Part shown: positions 36,547-48,114 of the stretch, piece after piece
How positions within the stretch are numbered: position 1 is the first letter of the stretch
Layout: each line of letters begins with the position of its first letter
NCBI GenBank assembly: GCA_050273025.1
Contig: CP158635.1
Location: 19,592,001 to 19,656,000, forward strand
Source: Cenococcum geophilum
Taxonomy: Eukaryota
Direction: 5' to 3'
Length of the DNA stretch: 64,000 nt
Notes under the pieces: generated by a model
What the model saw: only the letters and a program-made list of their open reading frames with translations
The model's database searches: none
What the model was told of the DNA's origin: nothing
Program-made: the position numbers and the translations under genes

Positions 36547-39500
36547 ATGAACGGTGCAAATGGGGGCTGGCACATGAGCAATGGAAGGCCTTTACCCTTT
36601 CGTCCTCCAACTGTTGATGAGGCTCTGCAATATTCGCCTCTCAGCTCGATCGTTCCTTTCTCTCCCAGTGAGCAACCTTCTCCGCTTCGTACTTAGCTAT
36701 CTCGCAGCGACATATCGTTTCTAATAGTGCATGACACTGATTCTTATCAAGGTATCATTCCATTCCCCTCCGCTGGACCTCCGAGCTCCTCCTCAATCTT
36801 TACCACCCAAGAAGAGCGGCGTGCGGCAAGACGCGCCTTAGACTCTTTCAACACGGAAAGTAGCAACACTCATAGTACATCTGCCAGGCTACAAAAGACT
36901 CTACAAGATCTGCAACAACTTCTGAACGCAGAGGAGCTTACTCAGTTGTAAGGTTTTTATGCTTTATGAAATATTGGTTGGGGCAACAGAAGGCTGATAT
37001 TGTGTAGCAACTTTAAGAGCACCCCTCACTTGGCCAGCAACCCGAATTATCGAAATGTGCCTGTGTCTGTGAATGGAACTCCTAAAACCGCCAAAGAACC
37101 TCAGCTCGGCCAATTCGCCAAGATGATCCTGAACAACACAGATATTTCTTTCAGATGTAGGGCTTTTGTTCGATATATTCAGGTCAAATAACTGAATTTT
37201 CTTAGACCCTACGCCTGTTTCACCCACGAAACCCCCCCAGAAAAATGACCCTTCTAGCCGAACTCCTCAACAAGCACCTCCTAAAGTGCAACCTCAGGTT
37301 ATTATTCATAATGATACATCGTTCAAACAAAGTTCAGCAGTGCAATTCTCGCCCAACGTCAAACCGCCATACCGGCAATCTCCTGTTGAATCGTCGGTAG
37401 TCAGGCCCGCAGTCATAATTCCGGGGTTACCGTCCTCGTCGCAGCGTGAAGAATACGAAACTTTTCCTCACATTGACGCCCATGATGCCATTCCGAAGAA
37501 GCGTAAAAGAGAAGATATTGCTGCAGACAACGAGCCCTTGGCTCTTAGCTATGATCAGAGACAGAAAGCGGATGCCGCCGTAAATAACCTACGGGGTCTA
37601 CTTCGGGACATTTTTGAGGCGGAAGATCAATACCAACCGGATACCTCTGGATTCACCTCTTCAAATGCTGCAAATTTCTTCACCTCTAATCCTGTCGGAG
37701 AATCAGAGCGTCCAGTCCTGGTGCATTCCATTCAGACTCGCTTAGAGTCAGCGGTTCAGAAGGTTATCTCTGCTGGGAGAATAGCTATGATACCGGTGGA
37801 CCATTTAAGCCGAATGCAGAGGCTTTGCGAAAGCTCCATAACAGCAGTCAATGATTCTTCTCTTACCATTGGAGCTGAGTGGAGCGATAGCGACATAGAA
37901 GAGTGGTTAGCTCGCGTATCAGTAGCTGAAAATGGGCTTCAGGCTGCCAAGATTATGCTAAGGATTATGACAGCTGGCCGTGAGGAGAAGCAGATTTACT
38001 CAGAAGACCACCTACAAGCTGCCATAACTATCCTAAAACATGTGCTTCAAACATGCCTCGTTCCAATTGTGGAAGCGCGGAGTACAGACGGCGGATCCGA
38101 TATCTTTAAGATTGCTTCAGCCCAGAAAAAGCCTCTCACAACACTTTTACAAGTCTGTGGGAGGGTTCTGCGACTCTTGGGTGATCTTATCATTAAAGTT
38201 GATGTTGTGGACCATGCCATAACTTCTGTCGAGTACATATCGACAATGCTGATCTTTGTGGAAAATGCTCATAGTGAAAAAGATTCCGCGCTTGGCATTC
38301 AGAGATTTGAACTTGTACGGCGCATCGCTATGGACGTTTTGGCGAAGATATTTGCTCGCTACGAGGATCAAAGGACGTTCATCTTTGATGAAATCTTAAC
38401 TTCGTTGGAGAAATTGCCAGTTACTCGTCAGAGCGCAAGACAATTCAAGATGATTAATGGGAAGCCTATCCAGTTAGTATCAGCATTGCTTATGCGACTG
38501 ATACAAACAAGCGCCACGAGGTCCATCCAAGATAAGAAAAAGACTAGTCAAGATTTGGTTGAGGGGGATGAAGACGACAGCACGTCCGAGGTGGACGGAC
38601 ACACTCCATCGAAACATACGCGCCATGCCAATAACGGCCACGACGATTCGTTACAAAGCTTATCCGACATTGTGAAGCGCCTCCATGATGATACGCTGAA
38701 GAACGCCTCCTACCTCGTGAACTTCATGGTTCAGCGAGCACTTGGGGCGACTAAAACAGGAGACCAGCCTTACCGCAACTTACTGGATATATTTATCGAG
38801 GATTTTTTAAGCGTGCTTGGTTCTCCGGATTGGCCTGCTGCAGAAATACTTCTTCGGACTCTTCTATCAGTCATGACGCATCTAGTTCAAAGTGACAAGT
38901 TTGCAGTACCGGCAAAAAACATGGCACTGGATCTCATGGGGCTCATGGGCTCCGGAATATCAGATTTAAAAATGCACGTCAGGCAAACCACCCGAACTCT
39001 AGACACGAGTCAATCTGAGCTGTCTGCTCGATTGGTTCGATTATCGGAAGATGTCTTAGAGGATAAGGTGAATGAAACAGATATTCTGGATTTTGAGGGA
39101 CCGTACCGGGTTGTGCTGGAGTATCTACAGTTGTTGGCGCGAGACGACGATTCTCAATTGCAGAGTGCGCAAGGATGTCATATTACGCTATGGGCTAAAC
39201 ATGTCTGCAATCTCCTTGAGGTGGACGATGGCACCGATGATTATGAGCGCTCTATGCTAAATTCCCTGGAGAAACGGCTCAAGCACATGGTCTTGAATCC
39301 TAAGTGGCTGGCAGCCGAATAGTGAGTGACTGTGTACCATTTCGAAACGTATCTGCTAACTTTTCTGGAAGTGAATTTGAACCTATCTCTACTGTACAAG
39401 GCCGTCTCGCCGCGGGCATTACCACACTTCGTATGCCATTTTGCAAGTACCTGACCAGTATTTTCAGGATGCTTCTAAGCTCGATGACAAGTAATCATGC

Positions 39501-42270
39501 CACGATGAAGAGTCGTAGCTTGAAGAGCATCGTCCAACTTCTTGAAAAAGATCCTGATATCCTCGATGATGACGTAGTTCAACGAATCATTAGATTAACA
39601 TATGATTCTTCTCCATTAGTCAGAGACTCTGCTCTCATGATTCTCGGCAAATGTCTTACCTGGAAACCTGATGTTGAACGTAAAAATTTGGACAAAATAA
39701 TTTCTCGGGCTGGTGATGCAGCAATTGGCGTTCGCAAGCGGGCCATGAAGATTCTCAAAGAAATATACCTGCGTAACGAGGGAAAGGATGTGAAGTCCGC
39801 AATCGCAGATGCCTTGTTACAACGAGTTAAGGATCTCGACGAGAGCGTTGCAGAGTTGGCCCGGCAGACATTCGAAGAAATCTGGATATCGCCATTCCAT
39901 GATTCAACCAAAGCCGACCCAGTCAAAACAAAGCTGGCCCTTCGAAATCAAGTCTCTCTTATCGTCCGAACTGTGCAACGTGGCGAAAGTGTGCTCTCTG
40001 TTCTTGAGGCCTTATTACAAAATGTTCTTTCGAACGCCTCAAAGCACGCAGCGACGAATTTCAAAGTTTGCAAAGACATGGTTGCAGTAATGTTCGACGG
40101 GGTTATCGACAGTGACGAACTACCGGACAGGCCTGCTCAAGCACACATCTTGCAAACCTTAACTATTTTCGCGAAAGCGAACCCGAAGTTATTTACAGGA
40201 GAACAGCTTGAGTCATTGCAACCGTATACGCAAAATATTGAACAGTCCGATAACCTACTGGTTTATCGTTCCGTTCTCGTCATTTTCCGCCACGTTTTCC
40301 CTTCACTTACTTCCTACCAGACTAGCTTCTTGAGCACTGTTCAGGGTGCCTTGATGAAATACATAGCTAAGATGGGCAAGATGGAGCTTAATGAGATTGC
40401 TCAATGTCTCTGGATTATCAACGGGGTCCTTAAAGACACAGCTGAACGCTTGGTTCGCCTTGCATGCTCGGTAATCTCAGGAATCGACAAGGAAAAAACC
40501 AAGAATCCCATGGATGACGCGACAATCAAGAAAATAGTTAGGTACTTGACGATCCTGGGCTATTTTGGGAAGTCCTGTGACTTTGAGAGCCACGTAGACT
40601 TATTTAGAGCGAAAATGCCTGGGTGGAAAGGCACAACTGTTGCAGGCCTTATTGTCGACACCATCTGCCCCTTCACGCGACAGAAACACCCCCACATGCT
40701 ACGAGAACAGGCCTTTGAGAGCCTTGGGATGATGTGTCAAAGCTGGCCTAAGCAATTTCTTAGATCCGATGTTACCACAGCTTTCGATCTCGTGTTCGCC
40801 AACAACGATGTACGGCTGGAACGCATTGCACTATCACAATTCAGCGGGTTCTTCGCACTTGAAGAGAAGCGGTCTGAAACAGGTGCTGAAATTGCCGTTG
40901 GTGAAGGCGCAGTTCATGGAACTGAACGACTAGGAATTTCTCTGGTTGCCAATGACAATGATGGAGTGTCAACATACATCGCCCAACGCTTCCTGATACA
41001 CATCGTCCGCATTGCTTTGGGTACACCAGATGAGCTTGCGTTGACAGCAACTCAGATCATCGTAAGCATCAATCGCCAGGGTTTGGTCCATCCAAAGGAA
41101 TGCGGCCCAGTTCTCATCGCCCTTGAGACATCTCCAGACCCCACGATCTCGAAAATTGCCTTCCAGGAACATCGAAGTCTTCATCACAAGCATGAAACTA
41201 TGTTTGAAAAGGAGTACATGAAGGCTGTGTCTCAAGCATTCGACTACCAACGAGATGTTCTGCATGACACCCATGGTGCGACTACTCAGCCTTTCACATC
41301 AAAGCTGCATCTGCTCTTTGAGGTGTTGAAAACAGGAAATGGCAAAGTCCGGAAGAAGTTTCTTTCTAACTTGTGTGAACGCATAAACTTTGAGCTTCCA
41401 AAGCTTAGTAGCAAAGATGACCCACCATCAAGCCTTCTGTATGCTCGCTTCTGTGTGCAAAACATCGCATTCTTTGATTATGCTCGCGTAGATGAGATTC
41501 TGCATCTCGTATCATGTTTAGAGAAGGTCGTCACTGGGACAGGGACCGTCGTCGCGCATGCTATTGAGACCGAGATACTTGGAATTCGCCTGGACCCAGA
41601 GCCACACTTGAGTCAGCAAGTGCCTTCAACATCTACTCTTGGTAACCAGGCTGTTGTCCTTCCGAGCACTGAATCAGACATCGTACGACCTGAACCTTCT
41701 ATTAGAAATACGGTGGATGAAGCTCAGCTCCGCCACCTCACTATCGCAACTATGATTCTGACCATGATTTGGGAAACACGGACATTCCTTCGCCGTCAGT
41801 GGGGCTTGCATAAGCAGCGCGAGGGTAAGGCAAATTCTAAAACAACTATTAAAGACCTGAACAGGGCTCCTACTAAAGCCCCTGGTGTCACGGGTGACAA
41901 GTATTGGGAGAGAATCTCAGAAATAATGTCCGCGCTCAGCAGTCCGGATACTATGACAGCGCAATGCAAGACTTTCGCAGAGCTGCTTGCTGTGGATAAC
42001 GAGCTTAAAATTGCTTCCGAAGACGATGAGGAAGCAGAGTTGACCAGAGCAGCTGCCGGTTATGAGACTCCTAACGATGATGAAAACGGAGGTGAGAACG
42101 TACCACTCAGTGGAGGAGCCAGAGGGAGAAAGAGGAAAGGATCGATGAGCGCCGCGGGCACACCGAAGAAGGCGAGGAAAACAGGAACTGGGAAGCCTCG
42201 TGTTCGACCCAGAAAGAACCGGAGCGGTTCTAGCGTGACGCCTGAGGGTGATGACGGAGGCTGGAACTGA
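36547..42270 (+). CDS. SCC2: Cohesin loader subunit Scc2/Mis4/NIPBL
   Basis: N-terminal TVDEALQYSP, cohesin-HEAT motifs (DSSPLVRD, DAAIGVRKRAMK, SPDWPAAE) and Nipped-B C-terminal QGLVHPKECGPVLIALETS. Introns at ~36668-36751, 36948-37007, 37157-37205 and 39322-39371 restore one frame. Confidence 0.95.
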
Positions 42271-42979
42271 GACTTGGCTTCGCAACGTTACGCTTTCTTT
42301 CGGTTTCGCAGATTCCAATTGCAGGCGTTTGGTGATGTGACTGGTCAGTTATAAGTAATAGCAGAGGACTTTGCTGACATGGGTTACCTTTCTAGGTTTG
42401 CGCAGCAGTTATGGGTTTCCTGAAGCTGGGTAGGCCTTTTGTTTTCTTCTTTCCGTTGCTATGTCCGGCTATTAGCGTTGATGGCCTGGTTCCTTTGCAT
42501 GGAGGCTCGACTCATGGAATTAGGCGTTAGGCTGTCAGGGAAGCATCGCCGAATCAGGCGCATTCAGAGATGTCTAGGCGTTTTGGTGACGGCAATGAAC
42601 TGCTTTTTGCTGAGGGAATGGGAGCGATGGAAAGGATTCATCACCACTAAAATTACAGGCATCTACCCTTGACCCGGTGGCGTCCTAAGAGGATATGGCC
42701 CGTGCATAAACCTTAGGAACACCAAACAAATCTAGCTTTCTAATTGGCCAGTTCCTTATCGATAACTACAGGACGAATTCCACCGTGTTAAGGGATATAT
42801 CAATTCAAATAGTCCACTCATCAAAATTTGCGATTAGCGCCAGTTTAGAAAGCTCAAATGGATACGGAGACTACCCTGACACTTAGGTTAAAGACTAGAT
42901 ATTTACGGCACGGAATCGTTTGAGTAAATGGGGAAGCCATGATTCTGAGACACATGGAGCCCGTGATAATTCTCCGATA

Positions 42980-43400
42980 TTCTAAGGCTGTGCTCCACTG
43001 CCTAAGCTTTTGCCCAGACGCCAATGTAGATCCATCCCACGAGGCCGATCAGCCGTTGTTTCAACCTGGCCCCAGCCCTACGGTACCTGGCCGACGCTTT
43101 TCATTCGCCGCACCTAGCGGCTTCGCTCGACAGTGTCGTTCTGGTTTATGGGGATGGCATCAATCCAGAACGTCTTTGATATTCCCGGGTGTCGAAGTTC
43201 CCGTAAAGCTAAGAGGAGATTTCCCGCGACGTTGAAGAGTTTCCTATTGAGCGAAATTGAAGCAGTTATAGTAGGGTCTCCCCAAGTGTATGACAAGGCC
43301 CAGTATGGTGGTGGATCATCTCCATTCACGGCCTCAAGCCTGCAGGATACCTCTTCATTGCCTCTTGGGAAGTATGTGTACAAGACGGATATCCCATGCA
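42980..43400 (-). pseudogene. Heterokaryon-incompatibility (HET) domain fragment
   Basis: YWALSYTWGDP, NLLLALRELR and FWIDAIPINQND..ERS followed by a stop (*VRRM) and degenerate sequence. Confidence 0.8.
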
Positions 43401-43957
43401 TGCTCGAGTGTTCAAAGAGAAGACCTTGAAGACTGTGGAAGCCGTTAGACCGGCAAGTGCGGCGGGTGGTTGCTGGAGGATCAGCCAGCTAAGGTTCGGT
43501 GCATTGAAGATCGCTAGCATAGAAAATGTGATCACTGAATCCTTGCTGTTCCCAGTGGCAATGTTTTGATTGTTAAAAAAAATGTCCGCAGGAGCCGTTC
43601 AGACAAACTAAATTGACAAGGCTTCAGAACCATTTTTGGTGCTATAGTTGCGAGATCTGTATTAGCATTCCTAAATAATATGGATGAGTTTTGAATAAGC
43701 TGCTTCCAGGCTTGATGAACTTTAGTGCCAGACGACATGGGGAAGCGTGCACGGACTTGAATTTCCGCAGATTCCTCCCAAAAAGCGTCATCATACTACT
43801 CAGCTCCGCTACGATAGTGTCGCCCTAAATTTACCATGTCCTACCTCGAATTGCAGTAGTCCCCCTCTCCAGGCCTCCTGCCAATGCAGCTGCGGCCTTG
43901 AACTCGAAACCCAGCATACCCAGACGGAGTCGTCCTTTGGATTCTCCTTTATGCACA

Positions 43958-46128
43958 ATGTCGACATCCCCAGAGCCTCTCCGTAGACCACAGGAAGCCT
44001 CCTCCCAAAGTACAGACGATGCTTCGACACACTTAACCCCATCATCGGAGTCAGACGATGACGATGGATTGACGATGGTTGGAGACAGCTACACCGGGCA
44101 AAGCTTTCGCATGAAAAGTCTATCCTCGACCAGCAGAGAAAGAGTTAGAAAAGGCAATACTGCGGAGGGCCCAAAAAAATACGATGGGGAATATGAAGGA
44201 GGCGAAGATGAAAGTACACAGTTTCTGGAGGAATCCCGCCGGCTATCGCACAGCTCGTCGGTCCAGACCTTTGAGTTGTATACACCAGACGAAGATCGTT
44301 CAGTGTTGAAGAAGCTTGATAGGAAACTGGTGTTGTTCATGGCCTTATTATATCTGCTCAGCTTTCTAGATCGGTCGAGTAAGTGGTTTTTTAGCTTTTA
44401 CGTTCGTGGATTTGCTTTATAACAACCATGATTGGGATTGAATCCTCGATGGTTGGCAGATTGACAGGGGCTTGACAGAGCTGACAAAACAATAGACATT
44501 GGGAATGCTAGAATCGCTGGTCTGGAAAAGGACCTTAACTTGAGTTCACGGCAGTATGAGTGGCTGTTGACCGCTTTCTACATCACTTATATCGTTTTTG
44601 AATGGATGACATTGATGTATGACCTTTTCACATCCCTGCATCATCCCGTCATGTACGAAAATATTGCTGTATTACAGCTGCGTGTAGATCTCGGGTCATG
44701 GCCCTCTATTTGGCTGTTTGCATATGGCACTGAACTACCTACTGACCGCTCCCAAGGTATCGAATTATACCTCCTCATATCTATATATCCCTATGCGTTT
44801 TATCTTGGGGACTGATAGCATCGCTTCAGTCAGTGACGACATCTTTTGGATCCCTATTAATATTAAGAGCCCTTCTTGGTGTCAGCGAGGCAGCCTTCGG
44901 ACCCGGAGTTCCGTTCTACTTATCGTTCTTCTTCCGCCGCAACGAGCTCGCATTTAGAACTGGTTTGTTCATCTCTGCGGCTCCACTAGCTACATCCTTC
45001 GCCAGCAGTCTTGCTTGGCTCATCACTAAGCTTGGTCAAGACGGACCTCTTGCACCGTGGCGGCTTTTACTACTTGTCGAAGGCTTTCCTAGTGTGATTG
45101 TTGCGGCCTGGGCCTGGGAGTTCATCCCGGATAGTCCTGGCACGGCATGCTTCCTAAGCCCGAGACTAAGGGATGTTGCCGTGATGAGACTCAGCCAAGA
45201 AAATGAGGTATATGACGGGGATAACATGGAGAAAAATGAGTTTTCGGCGGAGAAGAAGATGGGCGTTAATAAACGGGAGGTTTTCCAGACGCTCATGGAT
45301 CCTAAGTGTTATCTCACAGCCGTAAGTATCCCTCATCAACGTTGGGATCATAAAATCAACCACAACCTTTCGATTTCAGCACGTCATTGCGTTAATTTAC
45401 GGGCTGACATTTCAAATAGCTCATGTTCTTCAGTTGCAACGTAGCATTCAGCTCACTGCCTGTATTCCTCCCAACCATAATCAGGGAGTACGTCCTCAAA
45501 CCCCAGGTTATATGAACAGTTTACTAAGTCTCTTCTCAGCATGGGTCACACAGCCCTCTATTCTCAGGCCCTCTCCGCACCCCCTTATATATTCTCTTTT
45601 GCTGTCGTCCTCCTAACTGCGTACCTGTCCGATCGTCTCCAAACTCGCAGCACGTTCATTATCTTCCATGCTATCCTAGGCGCAAGCGGTTACTCTCTTA
45701 TTGCTCTTGCAGGTTTTCGACGTTGGGATCATGTGTGGCGATACCTCGGAATCTACCCTGCCGCCGCAGGGTTCTTCTCTGCCATTACTATTATCATCAC
45801 TTGGACCATTAACAACCAGGAATCGGACTCGAAAAAGGGAACTGGCATGGCCATGCTGAACATTATTGGCCAGTGTGGTCCATTGGTTGGTACGAGACTA
45901 TATCCGGATACGGATAAGCCGTACTACGTACGAGGCATGTCGATTTGTGCGCTGTTCATGCTCGCTGTTGCGGGTTTGGCGTTTCTCCTAAGGATTGTAT
46001 TGAAGAGGGCGAATGGCTGGACTAGAGATAGCAGAAATAAAGAGGGAAGCAACCAAGAGGACGGTGTGCCTCTCGTGAGCGGAGGAAAGGTCAAGAGGGA
46101 GAAGAAAGCATTCTATTTCATGTTATAG
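43958..46128 (+). CDS. MFS transporter, anion:cation symporter/allantoate-permease-like family
   Basis: KKLDRKLV..MALLYLLSFLDRS(N)IGNARIAGL, RALLGVSEAAFGPG, WRLLLLVEGFP and YLSDRLQTR. Approximate introns at 44379-44495, 44617-44756, 45322-45419 and 45488-45539. Confidence 0.92.
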
Positions 46129-46434
46129 CACATATCTTCCTGCAAAATAGAAAACTCCCTGTATGATTATTATATATATTGTTCCACTCCAGGCTCATAA
46201 CATTTCGTTTGTTGTGGACCAGATCATTGCGCCGCCGGAGTCCGAATTCGGCCTGATAAGCGGTATTTGATGACGTTTCCGCCGAGAACGGATTCTTTCT
46301 ACCGCCATGCTTGTAGAATAGCCTATCTTATCGCCCATCGACGACATACACCAGTCAATCCGGTTCTAATTACCGTGTTCATATTTTCCCCTTTCCGAAA
46401 GTCACGTGAAAGCACCTGAACCTGATCCTCACAG

Positions 46435-46470
46435 TTATCTCATAAATCAGACGTCTGATTTATGAGATAA
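46435..46470. mobile_element. Perfect 36-bp palindrome flanked by an 8-bp direct repeat (minimal TIR-only insertion)
   Basis: TTATCTCATAAATCAGAC-GTCTGATTTATGAGATAA, with CCTCACAG at 46427-46434 and 46471-46478. Confidence 0.75.
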
Positions 46471-46623
46471 CCTCACAGCAAAAAAGCCCTAGATAGAAAA
46501 AATACGAGGAATCATGAATATACCCTTTCACCCTTCATACTGAGAGAAGCTGTATATCTCACATAGTCAGTCAATATACAATGCTCCGCCTCTTTAAAAG
46601 TAGTAGTTTTATGTATATAGTGG

Positions 46624-47767
46624 TTATCTCAGTAAGCGACTCAGACGGCAAAGGCAAACTGAAGGCGCACTCACTAATACTAAAGTATCACTAGTCTCCA
46701 TCCTAAAAACCGCCACTTTCTTTTAACCAATCAGCTATCTACCGACCTTAAGTTTGCCCTGCCGTCTGAGGGCCTATGGTGCGAGCTTTAGTGAGGCTCG
46801 ACTTTAATTTTCGCAATTTTGTATAAGAGACACTCTCTCCCATATATTTAACTCCTTAACAATACCTTTTTAACCTAATAAGCTAATAAGTTAAATTAGA
46901 CCAGTCTCCTCTATAATCGATTAGATTTTTATTAAAAAATAAATCTGTTAACTAGGTAAAGATTTAGGTAGATTTTGCGATATTTTGTAACAAAATCGCG
47001 CCTAGGCGAGGCTCTAGCAAGACAGCATTAAAATCACCTTTTTCACTGCCGTATCTCAACCCTTTTATAACGTCTAGTTATTATAAAAATACTACAAGGT
47101 AGGAGCTCTTTAGCTGCTCTATCTATTGCATTAAATAACGACATTGTAGCTATATTATATAAAATATTAGATATGGGTAGTCGGTCGCATTTTATCTAAA
47201 ATCATTAAAATACACCTTTTTTACTGCCGTATCTCGACCCTTTTATAACGTCTAGTTATTATAAAAATACTATAAGGTAAGAGCTCTTTAGCTTCTCTAT
47301 CTATTGCATTAAATAACGACGTTGTGGCTATATTATATAAAATATTAGATATAGGCAGTCGGTCGCATTTTATCTAAAACTCGTCGCTTTAAGTCGACGA
47401 GTCGGCACAATATGTTGATTTGATATTTTTCTACCTATAATTTTAACAACTTACTTTTATACTATAGGGTTTTTATATAAATATTCTTAAAAAGTAGCTT
47501 TAGTTATATAATCGATTAGATTTTTAAAAATACGTTATTTAGGGTAGAGGTAGGGCATTAAAAAAGGTAAAAAAAGATTTTAGTCTTGAATCGACCCTCA
47601 TATATTTTCGCACTAAAGGCCCTCAGACGGCAACCGAGACAGCATTGTTAAGTAATCCTAACTAGCCCAAATTCTATCACACTAGTAAGGGTCTGGTAAA
47701 GCTATGCTACTTAAGTACTAGCGAGATTTACTGTCTTGGTTGCCGGCTGAGTCGCTTACTGAGATAA
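46624..47767. mobile_element. Non-autonomous TIR element (1,144 bp) with 8-bp TSD, superfamily unassigned
   Basis: TIR TTATCTCAGTAAGCGACTCAG(A/C)CGGCAA at both ends and TSD TATAGTGG (46616-46623 and 47768-47775). The interior is AT-rich, RIP-like and without ORFs. Confidence 0.9.
47026..47379. repeat. ~177-bp tandem duplication inside the TIR element
   Basis: Copies at 47026-47201 and 47203-47379 are nearly identical, differing mostly by C/T and G/A transitions. Confidence 0.92.
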
Positions 47768-48114
47768 TATAGTGGTGTTCTTTGGGACGCTTTGACCGGG
47801 TCTTGGACAAGACGGGAGCTCCAAACGTAGCACTAGCGCCACGGCCATCACATGCACCTCTCTTCCTCTAGCCACCGCAATTCTCATCCTTTTGGCTTCG
47901 GGTTCTTGAGATTCTACCTATCCACCTATTATGTTCCAAGGACTAAAGCACATGGGTGAGGTTGCAAAAAGCTTGTTTGCTGATGAGTGACGTCAATTCT
48001 CGCACGCCTGCATGTCGCACGACTGTTCTGGAGCATCATGGAATGAAAAGAAGTTGATCAGAAACATTACCACTAATTTCAAGGAGGCTGTGATCCCTTG
48101 AAAAGGAAGTTGAA

